In this document: positions 13,224 through 21,995 of the stretch, one piece after another
How the letters are laid out: each line of letters begins with the position of its first letter
How positions within the stretch are numbered: position 1 is the first letter of the stretch
Source of the DNA: Clostridia bacterium
Lineage (GTDB): Bacteria; Bacillota; Clostridia; Christensenellales; Borkfalkiaceae
DNA: 64,000 nt
Assembly: GCA_017448355.1 (NCBI GenBank)
Contig: JAFSLQ010000042.1
Location: forward strand, 6,853 to 70,852
Direction of reading: 5' to 3'
Notes under the pieces: generated by a model
What the model saw: only the letters and a program-made list of their open reading frames with translations
The model's database searches: none
What the model was told of the DNA's origin: nothing
Translations under genes and position numbers: made by a program

Positions 13224-14468
13224 ATGGTAAATTATTTTTATGACTGTTACGTTATACTAAATAAAGTTTACAGCGAAAAAAAGTTTATAAAACAGGCGAT
13301 AAACGAAACTTTTATCGAAGAAGCGAATAGGGCTGTAACGGTTAAAGTTTGCTACGGCGTACTTGATAAAGACATAGAACTGTCGTATTACATAGAAAAA
13401 CTGACCGAAAAAACGCCGAAACTTGCTATCCGCACGATACTTAAAATTTCAATGTATATGATAAAGTGTCTCGGTAAAAAAGAGTATTTCGTCGCAGATA
13501 ACGCCGTCGAACTGACAAAAAAATTAGGTAAAGGCGGCGCAAGCGGGTTCGTAAACGCGTTTTTAAGAAAGTTTGTTAATGCGCCATTAGAATTGCCAAA
13601 GGAAAAACTTTCGTATTTATCTGTAAAATATTCTTATCCGCTTTTTGCCGTGAAAGAACTGGTTAAAGATTACGGTGAAATTCGTGCGGAAAAGATAATT
13701 GCCGCCCCGTATCCGGAAAACACGCTTTGTTTTTACCAAGTTGACGGTGAAGAGTATCTTTCGGAAAGAAAAATAGATTTTACAAAAACTCCGTTTTATA
13801 ACGCTTTCACGGTAAAAAATTTTACGCGAAACGCCGATTACGATAAAGGCGTTTATACCTATCAGGCACTTGGTTCGGTTGCGATTTGCGAAACGGTAGA
13901 CGCTTGCGTTAATCTTCTCGATTGTTGTGCCGCGCCGGGCGGGAAAAGCGTAAGGCTTTCATATAAGGCGGAAAACGTAGTCGCTTGGGATATACACGAG
14001 CATAGAGTAAAACTTATCGAAGAATATATCCGCCGTATGGGGCGTAAAAACATTTCAGCCTACACACGCGACGCTAAAATCTATGACGAACGCTTTAAAG
14101 ATTTTTTTGACGCGGTATTGTGCGACGCGCCGTGTAGCGGAATAGGGGTTAGCAGCGACAATCCCGATATAAAACTTAATCGCACAAAAGAAAGCCTTGA
14201 CGAACTTAACGTTGAACAAAAGGCTATTTTAGATACAGTCTCTAAATACGTTAAGCCGCAAGGTTATTTGTATTATTCTACGTGTTCGATTTTTAAGCGG
14301 GAAAATATAGACGTAGTCAAAGATTTTTTGGCATGCCACGATAATTTTGCGATAGAAACAATAAACAGCGCGCTTTTACACGAAGATTTTGACGGAACTA
14401 ACGCCTTTTTGCCTGATATTTCCTGCGGAAACGGGTTTTATATTGCAAAACTGAAAAGGATAAAATAA
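13224..14468 (+). CDS. rsmB: 16S rRNA (cytosine967-C5)-methyltransferase RsmB (Sun family)
   Basis: SAM motif DCCAAPGGKS, catalytic DAPCSG and TCS. Position after fmt. Confidence 0.85.
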   Translation: MVNYFYDCYVILNKVYSEKKFIKQAINETFIEEANRAVTVKVCYGVLDKDIELSYYIEKLTEKTPKLAIRTILKISMYMIKCLGKKEYFVADNAVELTKKLGKGGASGFVNAFLRKFVNAPLELPKEKLSYLSVKYSYPLFAVKELVKDYGEIRAEKIIAAPYPENTLCFYQVDGEEYLSERKIDFTKTPFYNAFTVKNFTRNADYDKGVYTYQALGSVAICETVDACVNLLDCCAAPGGKSVRLSYKAENVVAWDIHEHRVKLIEEYIRRMGRKNISAYTRDAKIYDERFKDFFDAVLCDAPCSGIGVSSDNPDIKLNRTKESLDELNVEQKAILDTVSKYVKPQGYLYYSTCSIFKRENIDVVKDFLACHDNFAIETINSALLHEDFDGTNAFLPDISCGNGFYIAKLKRIK

Positions 14469-14469
14469 A

Positions 14470-15519
14470 GTGAAAAAGAACGCGCTTGATTTAAGTTTTG
14501 ATGAATTAAAATCGCACATAGCGGATATCGGCGAAAAATCTTTTCGTGCGGGTCAGATTTTCCGTGCGCTGCATAAAGGACTTGATTTTTCCGAAATGAC
14601 CGATATTTCTAAGACCCTGCGTGAAAAACTCGGTGAAGAATTTAACGCGCAAAGCGTAAAAATCATAAAATCGTTAAAAAGCGCAGACGGGACGGAAAAA
14701 TTCTTGTTTTCGTTATCCGACGGAAACGTTGTTGAAGGCGTGCTTATGTTATACAAATACGGATACACGCTTTGCGTTTCCACGCAAGTAGGGTGTAGGA
14801 TGAACTGCGCTTTTTGCGCTTCGGGGCTTAACGGACTAATCAGAAATCTTACCTGTGGTGAGATTTTGGGCGAAGTTATCGCCGCAAACAGATACCTTGG
14901 CGGGGACTTAGCGGATAAACGCAAAATTATAAACATAGTGCTTATGGGCAGCGGAGAACCGCTTGATAACTATGACGAAACGTTAAAATTTTTGCAACTC
15001 GTTTCTTGTCAGGAAGGTATAAACATCAGCCAAAGGAATATAAGTTTGTCGACTTGCGGACTTGTTCCTAGGATGTACGATTTGGCGGACAGCGGGGTTT
15101 TCGTTAATCTTACCGTATCTTTGCACTCGCCGTTTGATGAAGAGCGTAAGCGAATAATGCCGATTGCAAACAGTTATAAAATAAGCGAAATTTTGGACGC
15201 CTGTACCTATTATTTTGAAAAAACAGGCAGAAGATATATCTTTGAATACGTCCTTATAAAAGGTGAGAACGATACTGAAAAACACGCCGCCGAACTTATA
15301 AAACTATTAAAGGGCAGACCTTGCCACGTAAATCTTATAAGACTTAACGAAGTAAAGGAGCGTACCTTAAAGGGGGGAACGGAAAAGGACGCGTATAGGT
15401 TTTTAGGGTTATTGACTACGGGCGGGCTTTCTGCCACGCTTCGCCGAAAAATGGGCGAAGATATAGACGGGGCTTGCGGGCAACTTCGTCAGAGATACAT
15501 TGAAGAGATGACCGAATAA
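14470..15519 (+). CDS. rlmN: 23S rRNA/tRNA A2503 C2-methyltransferase RlmN (radical SAM)
   Basis: CRMNCAFC radical-SAM triad and C-terminal GACGQL. GTG start. Confidence 0.93.
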   Translation: MKKNALDLSFDELKSHIADIGEKSFRAGQIFRALHKGLDFSEMTDISKTLREKLGEEFNAQSVKIIKSLKSADGTEKFLFSLSDGNVVEGVLMLYKYGYTLCVSTQVGCRMNCAFCASGLNGLIRNLTCGEILGEVIAANRYLGGDLADKRKIINIVLMGSGEPLDNYDETLKFLQLVSCQEGINISQRNISLSTCGLVPRMYDLADSGVFVNLTVSLHSPFDEERKRIMPIANSYKISEILDACTYYFEKTGRRYIFEYVLIKGENDTEKHAAELIKLLKGRPCHVNLIRLNEVKERTLKGGTEKDAYRFLGLLTTGGLSATLRRKMGEDIDGACGQLRQRYIEEMTE

Positions 15520-15554
15520 CGGTTTCAAAACATAATAAAAGGAGCAAAACAACA

Positions 15555-16211
15555 ATGAAACAAATTAAAATAGCACCGTCGATGCTTTCTGCGGACTTTG
15601 CCAAATTCGGGGAAGAAGTTGCCTTAACGACTGCAAGCGGCGCGGATTTACTGCATCTTGACGTGATGGACGGAAGTTTTGTTAAAAATATCTCTTTCGG
15701 ACCTAAGTTTATAAAGGAAGCGCGACCGTATTCAAAAGCGGTGTTCGACGCGCATCTTATGATAGTCAATCCCTGGAACTATATAGAACGCTTTGCGGAA
15801 GCCGGTGCGGATATAATTACCGTACATTACGAAGCGTGTAAAGACAGGCTAAAAGACACTTTAAAAGCGATAAAGTCGCTTGGCGTAAAATGCGGCGCGG
15901 TCATCAATCCCGACACCGACGTTTCGGCGATTAAGGATGTTATCGAAGAGTGTGATATGCTGCTTTTAATGAGCGTTTTCCCTGGGTTCGGCGGGCAGAA
16001 GTTTATCCCCGAAGTGTTGCCGAAAATCGAAGAAGCGGCGCGCCTTATCGAAAGTACGGAAAAAAATATCGACCTTGAAATAGACGGCGGTATAACGCTT
16101 GAAAACGTTAAAGCCGTAAAGGATGCCGGCGCGAACGTTATCGTTGCGGGGAGTACGGTATTTAAAGAGAAAGACAGGGCGGCGATTATCCGCGCGCTTC
16201 GTGAAGTTTAG
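15555..16211 (+). CDS. rpe: ribulose-phosphate 3-epimerase
   Basis: PSMLSADF, HLDVMDG, and size of 218 aa. Confidence 0.93.
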   Translation: MKQIKIAPSMLSADFAKFGEEVALTTASGADLLHLDVMDGSFVKNISFGPKFIKEARPYSKAVFDAHLMIVNPWNYIERFAEAGADIITVHYEACKDRLKDTLKAIKSLGVKCGAVINPDTDVSAIKDVIEECDMLLLMSVFPGFGGQKFIPEVLPKIEEAARLIESTEKNIDLEIDGGITLENVKAVKDAGANVIVAGSTVFKEKDRAAIIRALREV

Positions 16212-16280
16212 TCTTTAAAAAGGCACAAAACAGGGAAGGTACGGCATATAATAGAACATAAATATTCCGAGAGGTATGTT

Positions 16281-16367
16281 ATGAAAATTATATGTTTAAA
16301 ACCGCCGAAGGTCATAAGAGGAATATTACGGCTTATGTTTTTTGCCAAAAGAAAACGCGAAAATTGA
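16281..16367 (+). CDS. spoVM: stage V sporulation protein M (28-aa amphipathic peptide); not in the ORF track
   Basis: ATG 6 nt after GAGAGG. The product MKIICLKPPKVIRGILRLMFFAKRKREN aligns with B. subtilis SpoVM MKFYTIKLPKFLGGIVRAMLGSFRKD. It sits downstream of rpe as in Bacillus and is followed by a terminator. Confidence 0.75.
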   Translation: MKIICLKPPKVIRGILRLMFFAKRKREN

Positions 16368-16380
16368 TTTGTACATACAC

Positions 16381-16417
16381 TAACGCCCCTGCGAAAAACA
16401 AGTTTGCAGGGGCGTTA
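16381..16417. terminator. bidirectional intrinsic terminator (spoVM / MDR-like gene)
   Basis: 12-bp stem TAACGCCCCTGC / GCAGGGGCGTTA. Confidence 0.7.
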
Positions 16418-16434
16418 GTGTATTTTAACTATTC

Positions 16435-17451
16435 TTACATCATATTTACTATCGTTTCGCTGATTTTATCTGTATCTTCAAGTTCCTTCGCGAGTTTTTT
16501 GAAGGTGCTTGGAACTTCGGAATATGAACACTCGGCAATTTTAAGGTTATTAAAATTAATCGCCTTATTTGCAATAAGATTTATGCTGGTGGTGGTATAT
16601 CCGACGGCGGTATTGATACAGTTAATATCGAGTTGTTTTTTTACCGCCTGCATAAAGGAGACGTTTCCGCTTTTATTAAAAGCACCCGTAAACGCGACCG
16701 CTGCGCCGAAAGAGGCGAGAGAGAACGCCTTGGTAACGGGAATATTACAGTCCGCGACGTACACAACCTTATCGGTCATACGCCCACTTGTAATGTTTGA
16801 AACTTCCTTCTGCCAGTTATCGTTTGCGCCAAGTGCATAATATATACCCGACTTTCTTACAGCGGCGCAGTCTTCTTCATCAAGCGTCATAACGATAGGG
16901 ACAGCCTGATAATAAATAAGAAGTTGCGCAAAAATATTGCCGAAATTGTTTGCGCCGATAACAGCGACGTAATCGCCCTTTTTGATGTTAAGTTTATCGT
17001 AAACGGCGATGGCAAGCGAAATGTGTTGGATAAAAAGCGCTTCTTTATCCGACACGCTGTCGGGAAGAACAAAGAGTTTTTCGGGATTTGCGGAAATAAA
17101 GTCGCTTAAAAATCCGTCGAAATCTTCACCTGCAATCTGTAAGTCGGAACACTTGGTAAAATCGCCTTTTTTACAGTTATAACAGGTTTCGCACTCGCGG
17201 AAAGGCTCTATATACGTTCTTTTTCCTTTTTCAAGGTCGAAAAGATTTTGCCCCGTTTCGCTTAAAACGCCGATTCCCGCGCTGCCGAGAATAACGTCTT
17301 TCGCGTCAAATTCGCCATTATAACGTAAAACGTCCGATAGCGTTATAAGCGCTTTCGTTAAGCGAACTTTTGATTGCGAAGACAAAACTTCCTTTTCTTC
17401 CGATTCTTTTTCTTTAATGTTAAAAGGCTCAGTTAAATAATAACCTTTCAT
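16435..17451 (-). CDS. MDR (zinc-ADH) superfamily protein lacking catalytic zinc ligands; likely non-catalytic or divergent
   Basis: The structural Zn lobe CETCYNCKKGDFTKC (C-x2-C-x2-C-x7-C) is retained. The catalytic Cys, His and Glu positions read T, S and A (ITLSDV, ILGSAGIG). The Rossmann motif is degenerate (IGANNFG). Start at the ATG after GGAGAG (17451). Confidence 0.7.
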   Translation of the reverse strand: MKGYYLTEPFNIKEKESEEKEVLSSQSKVRLTKALITLSDVLRYNGEFDAKDVILGSAGIGVLSETGQNLFDLEKGKRTYIEPFRECETCYNCKKGDFTKCSDLQIAGEDFDGFLSDFISANPEKLFVLPDSVSDKEALFIQHISLAIAVYDKLNIKKGDYVAVIGANNFGNIFAQLLIYYQAVPIVMTLDEEDCAAVRKSGIYYALGANDNWQKEVSNITSGRMTDKVVYVADCNIPVTKAFSLASFGAAVAFTGAFNKSGNVSFMQAVKKQLDINCINTAVGYTTTSINLIANKAINFNNLKIAECSYSEVPSTFKKLAKELEDTDKISETIVNMM

Positions 17452-17581
17452 AATCTCTCCGAATCTTAAACTTATCGTATTATACAACAAATAAAAGTAA
17501 ATTGCAAGCGATTGCGGGCGCGCCGGTTAAACCTTTTTCAAAATAAATTTGATTAAAATCCCAAAAATCGCTTGTTATTAG

Positions 17582-17610
17582 TTGACTATTCGTTAAAAAT
17601 ATAATATAAT
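17582..17610 (+). promoter_or_regulatory. sigma-A promoter TTGACT-17-TATAAT for rpmE
   Basis: Hexamers at 17582-17587 and 17605-17610. Confidence 0.6.
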
Positions 17611-17640
17611 TACACGGTAAAATACATTAAGAGGTGCGTT

Positions 17641-17850
17641 ATGAAACAGGAGATTCATCCGGATTATCACGAAGTAACCGTAGTTTGCGCTTGCGGTGAA
17701 ACGTTTAAAACCGGCTCTACTAAAAAAACAGACGTTATTAAGGTTGATATTTGCAGTAAATGTCATCCGTTCTTTACAGGCAAACAGAAACTGGTTGATA
17801 CCGGCGGCCGCGTTGATAAATTCAACAAGAGATACAGTAAAGCGAAATAG
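17641..17850 (+). CDS. rpmE: 50S ribosomal protein L31 (zinc-binding C+ form)
   Basis: [10 protein letters not shown]..., Cys pairs CAC and [10 protein letters not shown]. Confidence 0.95.
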   Translation: MKQEIHPDYHEVTVVCACGETFKTGSTKKTDVIKVDICSKCHPFFTGKQKLVDTGGRVDKFNKRYSKAK

Positions 17851-17864
17851 GTTGTTTTTGATTG

Positions 17865-17904
17865 CGGCTTTAAGGGAAATATTATACCTTAAAGCCGTTT
17901 TTTT
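17865..17904 (+). terminator. intrinsic terminator after rpmE
   Basis: 11-bp stem CGGCTTTAAGG / CCTTAAAGCCG followed by T7. Confidence 0.75.
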
Positions 17905-17913
17905 GTTTGTTGC

Positions 17914-19707
17914 ATGAGTATTAAAAATCCGAACAAAACCAAAAAGCGCGTGTCTATAGGCGGGCAGGCGGTATTAGAAGGCGTTTATATGCGCGGGGCG
18001 GAATCCGAAGCGATTGCCGTGCGCGACCAGGACGGCGTCATCCGTTTGGAGACGAAGCGCCGTAAAAACGCGCGTAAAAAATGGTACTTGAAAGTCCCCG
18101 TCGTTCGCGGAGTAATGGCTTTTATCGATTCGCTGTTTGGCGGAACGAAAACTTTAATGCGTTCTGCGGAAGTGTACGGCGAAGGCGAGCCGTCTAAGTT
18201 TGAAAAGTGGCTTGCCGAAAAACTGAAAATCAACGTTATGACGGTTGTCAGCGTGATTTCTGTCGTGTTGGGGCTTTTTCTTGCCGTTGCGCTTTTTATG
18301 TTTCTTCCGCAAGTTGTACGCGACGGGCTTGAAAAACTGTTTAAAATTAAGTTCGGCGTGTGGGCTAAAAACTTTATCGAAGGCGGCGTGAAACTTTTAA
18401 TTTTTACACTCTATATATTAACCGTTTCGCTGCTTAAAGATATAAGACGGACTTTTATGTATCACGGGGCGGAGCATAAGACCATAACTTGTTTCGAGCG
18501 CGGGCTTGATTTGACGGTGGAAAACGCCGCGAAATGTCCTCGTGTGCACGATAGGTGCGGTACGACTTTTATCGTTTTCGTATTGTTTATAAGCATTATC
18601 GTTATGGCGTGCGTTGAAGCGCTTCTTGGCAAAAACGTACAAGGGGTATTAAGGGTTTTACTTAAACTTGCGCTTTTGCCGATTGTTGCGGGACTGTCTT
18701 ACGAACTTTTAAAACTGCTTTCAAAAACAAAAAGTCCGCTTGTTTTACCGCTTAAAGCCCCCGGATTTTTGTTGCAACTACTTACGACGCGAGAACCGAC
18801 TAAAGATATGCTTGAAGTAGCAATTACTTCCTTTCTTGCAGTCTACGAGATGGATAATGACGATACTGTGCCGGAGCGGAAATTCGAATTACCCAAAAAG
18901 CGGTGCGAACTTCTTTCGGGAATAAAGGCAAAACTCAAAGAAAACGGCATAGACGAAGACGCCGAAGCGGAGTGGATAGTGTCGCTTTCTCTCGGAATTT
19001 CTCGCGATGAAGTTAATACCGAAAATCTCGTTTCGGTCAAAAATATCGATAGAATAAATAAACTTGTAAACGAGCGTATTTCGGGCAGACCGCTTTGGTA
19101 CTGCGTCGGAGATACCGATTTTTACGGATATAGAATTAAAACAGACGAAAGGGCGCTTATTCCGCGACCCGAGACGGAACTTCTTGTAGAAAACGCGTTA
19201 AAATATATCGACGAAACAAAAACCGTGCTGGATTTGTGTACGGGAAGCGGCGCAATCGCCGTAGCGGTAAATAAAGAAACCGGCGCGACGGTTTACGCTT
19301 CGGATTTAAGTATTGACGCGTTGAAACTTGCGAGAGAAAACGAAGAATTAAACGGTGCAAAAATCAAATTCGTGTTTAGCGATATGTTTGAATCTTTCGA
19401 TACCGAAAAATTTGACGTTATTATATCCAACCCGCCTTATATCAAGAGCGAAGATATAAAGGATTTGCAAAAGGAAATAAGAGAGTTTGAGCCGATAATG
19501 GCGCTTGATGGCGGTGAAGACGGCTTGCATTTTTACCGCGTTATTGCAAAGAACGCCAAAAATTATTTAAAATGCGGCGGTATGCTGTTTTTGGAGTGCG
19601 GCGCGGGGCAAGCGGAAGAAATTAAACAAATGCTTACGGATTTTTCGCAAGTAGACATTATTAAAGATTACGAAAATATTGACAGAATAATAAAGGCGGT
19701 GCTTTAA
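17914..19707 (+). CDS. prmC: fusion protein: DUF1385 (YqhQ-like membrane domain) + release-factor glutamine N5-methyltransferase PrmC
   Basis: The N-terminal ~300 aa carry [14 protein letters not shown] and YHGAEHK (DUF1385). The C-terminal ~280 aa carry [18 protein letters not shown] and NPPY (PrmC/HemK). Single uninterrupted 597-codon ORF. Confidence 0.85.
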   Translation: MSIKNPNKTKKRVSIGGQAVLEGVYMRGAESEAIAVRDQDGVIRLETKRRKNARKKWYLKVPVVRGVMAFIDSLFGGTKTLMRSAEVYGEGEPSKFEKWLAEKLKINVMTVVSVISVVLGLFLAVALFMFLPQVVRDGLEKLFKIKFGVWAKNFIEGGVKLLIFTLYILTVSLLKDIRRTFMYHGAEHKTITCFERGLDLTVENAAKCPRVHDRCGTTFIVFVLFISIIVMACVEALLGKNVQGVLRVLLKLALLPIVAGLSYELLKLLSKTKSPLVLPLKAPGFLLQLLTTREPTKDMLEVAITSFLAVYEMDNDDTVPERKFELPKKRCELLSGIKAKLKENGIDEDAEAEWIVSLSLGISRDEVNTENLVSVKNIDRINKLVNERISGRPLWYCVGDTDFYGYRIKTDERALIPRPETELLVENALKYIDETKTVLDLCTGSGAIAVAVNKETGATVYASDLSIDALKLARENEELNGAKIKFVFSDMFESFDTEKFDVIISNPPYIKSEDIKDLQKEIREFEPIMALDGGEDGLHFYRVIAKNAKNYLKCGGMLFLECGAGQAEEIKQMLTDFSQVDIIKDYENIDRIIKAVL

Positions 19708-20783
19708 TGTTTAAAAAACTCGACAAAATGCTTAGTCGCTACGAAAAACTTAACGAACTCGTGGCGGACGCAGACGTTATTTCGAGAATGGACGAGTGGA
19801 AAGCGTATTCAAAAGAACTCGCCGATATGTCCGAGACCGTTGAAAAATATACCGAATACAAAAAGGTTGCAAAGGAACTTGCCGATTTGGAGCGAGATAT
19901 TACTACCGAGACCGACAGGGAAATGAAAGACCTTATGCAGGAAGAAATTTTGTCGTGCAAGGAAAAAATAGCGAAAATTTCTTCCGAACTCAGGATTTTG
20001 TTGTTGCCTAAAAACCCCGACGACGATAAAAACGTTATTATGGAAATACGTGCGGGAGCAGGCGGCGAAGAGGCGAGCCTTTTTGCTTACGAACTTTACA
20101 GGATGTACGTTAAATACGCCGAAAAAAACCGCTGGAAGACGGAAGAAATTGACAATAATTCCACCGAACTCGGCGGCGTAAAGGAAGTTGTGTTTTCGAT
20201 ATCGGGAAAATCCGCGTTCGGTAAACTTAAATTTGAAAGCGGCGTCCATCGCGTTCAACGCGTTCCCGAAACCGAGTCGCAGGGCAGAGTACACACTTCT
20301 ACCGCTACGGTAGCGGTTCTTCCCGAAGCAACGGACGTTGAAGTAAATATCGACGAAAAAGATTTGCGTGTAGATACTTTAAGGTCAAGCGGTGCGGGCG
20401 GTCAGCACATTAATAAAACCGAATCGTGCATACGTTTAACGCATATTCCGACGGGAATCGTCGTCTTGTGTCAGGACGAGCGTTCACAGACCAAAAATCG
20501 TGAAAAAGCGATGAAGGTTTTAAAAAGCAGGCTTTACGACTACTACAAGTCGCAGGCTGATAAAGAATATTCAGAAAACAGAAGAAGTCAGGTAGGTACG
20601 GGCGACCGTTCGGAGCGGATAAGAACTTATAATTTTCCGCAGGGCAGGGTAACAGACCACAGAATAGGACTTACGCTGTATTCGATAGATAATTTTATGA
20701 TGGGTGATATTGACGAGATGATTGAAGCGCTTAACATTGCCGACAGAGAATCAAGGCTTGCGGCGGGTTTTGACGAAGAGTAA
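19707..20783 (+). CDS. prfA: peptide chain release factor 1
   Basis: PET (PxT) anticodon-like tripeptide in [12 protein letters not shown] and the GGQ motif [10 protein letters not shown]. Confidence 0.95.
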   Translation: MFKKLDKMLSRYEKLNELVADADVISRMDEWKAYSKELADMSETVEKYTEYKKVAKELADLERDITTETDREMKDLMQEEILSCKEKIAKISSELRILLLPKNPDDDKNVIMEIRAGAGGEEASLFAYELYRMYVKYAEKNRWKTEEIDNNSTELGGVKEVVFSISGKSAFGKLKFESGVHRVQRVPETESQGRVHTSTATVAVLPEATDVEVNIDEKDLRVDTLRSSGAGGQHINKTESCIRLTHIPTGIVVLCQDERSQTKNREKAMKVLKSRLYDYYKSQADKEYSENRRSQVGTGDRSERIRTYNFPQGRVTDHRIGLTLYSIDNFMMGDIDEMIEALNIADRESRLAAGFDEE

Positions 20784-20798
20784 AAGGAGAAAGTTACA

Positions 20799-21995
20799 AT
20801 GGTTTCCAAAAAAGTAAGCAGCATTAAGCCGTCATTGACGCTTGAAATTACGGCAAAAGCGAAAAAAATGAAGGCTTCGGGTGTATCCGTTATAGGTTTC
20901 GGCGCAGGCGAACCTGATTTCAACACTCCCGACTACATAATAAACGCGGCAAAACACGCACTTGATATCGGTTTTACGAAATACACTCCCGCTTCCGGTA
21001 TGCAGGAACTTAAAGTCGCTATTTGCAATAAGTTTTTAAATGATAACGGGCTAACATACGAACCGTCTCAGATAGTTATATCTTCGGGTGCTAAAAGTTC
21101 GCTTTATCACGCTATATGCGCAATCGTCGACGAGGGCGACGAAGTGATTTTGCCTTCGCCTTACTGGCTGACTTATCCGGAACTCGTATCTCTTGCGGGC
21201 GGCAAAACGGTGTTCGTTTACACCAAGCCCGAAAACGGCTATAAAATCACAGCGGAAGAGTTTGAAAAGGCAATTACCGCTAAAACCAAGTGTTTTATCC
21301 TTAATTCGCCTAACAATCCTACCGGCGCGGTTTATTCCGAAGAAGAAATCAAAGCCCTTGCACGTGTCGCCGAAAAACATAATCTTTACGTGATTTCCGA
21401 CGAAATTTACGAAAAACTCGTTTACGGCGGTGCAAAGCATTATTCAATAGCGGCAACAAGCGAATATATGAAAGAACATACCGTAATAGTGAACGGTATG
21501 AGTAAAACTTATTCTATGACGGGTTGGCGTATAGGCTATATCGCCGCGCCGATAGAAATTGCCAAAGCGGTTTCGAGTATGCAAAGCCATACGACTAGTA
21601 ATGCGTGTTCTATTGCGCAGTATGCTTCCGTTGCCGCGTTAGAACCCGTTGAAAGCGAAAAATTTGTTGCAAAAATGCAAAACGTTTTCGACGAAAGAAG
21701 AAAATTTATGATGCAAAAACTTTCCGAAATAGGATTAAAATACAATGAGCCTATGGGTGCGTTCTACGTGTTCGTGGATGTATCGGAAGTTTACGGAAAG
21801 AGTTTTGAAGGACAACCTATAAACGGTTCGCTTGCCTTTGCCGACGCGGCGCTTAAAAAGGGCGTAGCCGTTGTACCGGGACTTGCGTTCGGTAACGATA
21901 ACTGTATAAGACTTTCTTATGCGGTTGCGATAGATGATATCAAAGAAGGATTAGCAAGGCTTGGCGAGTTTATTAAGGAGGTTAAAAATGCATAA
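20799..21995 (+). CDS. PLP-dependent class I aminotransferase (aspartate aminotransferase-like)
   Basis: NSPNNPTG, and SKTYSMTGWRIGY containing the PLP lysine. 398 aa. Confidence 0.85.
   Translation: MVSKKVSSIKPSLTLEITAKAKKMKASGVSVIGFGAGEPDFNTPDYIINAAKHALDIGFTKYTPASGMQELKVAICNKFLNDNGLTYEPSQIVISSGAKSSLYHAICAIVDEGDEVILPSPYWLTYPELVSLAGGKTVFVYTKPENGYKITAEEFEKAITAKTKCFILNSPNNPTGAVYSEEEIKALARVAEKHNLYVISDEIYEKLVYGGAKHYSIAATSEYMKEHTVIVNGMSKTYSMTGWRIGYIAAPIEIAKAVSSMQSHTTSNACSIAQYASVAALEPVESEKFVAKMQNVFDERRKFMMQKLSEIGLKYNEPMGAFYVFVDVSEVYGKSFEGQPINGSLAFADAALKKGVAVVPGLAFGNDNCIRLSYAVAIDDIKEGLARLGEFIKEVKNA

Noticed and set aside
16292-16840. 182-aa plus-strand ORF in the track, overlapping spoVM and the MDR-like gene
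   Set aside because: It is out of frame with the spoVM-like peptide, runs through a strong terminator hairpin and is antisense to a well-supported gene. It has no RBS.
17505-17574. 9-bp inverted repeat CAAGCGATT ... AATCGCTTG with a ~52-nt loop containing GGCGCGCC, between the MDR-like gene and rpmE
   Set aside because: The stem is short and the loop long. There is no flanking T-run and no match to a known leader. Chance occurrence or a minor regulatory site cannot be distinguished from sequence alone.
19809-20294. 161-aa ORF antisense to prfA. Similar long antisense ORFs lie at 10910-11329 (priA), 49346-49795 (spoIVA), 50936-51382 (P-type ATPase), 56517-56990 (valS) and 60121-60558 (glgB).
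   Set aside because: All lie entirely within, and opposite to, highly conserved genes. They have low-complexity or odd composition and no RBS or promoter. These are typical shadow ORFs.
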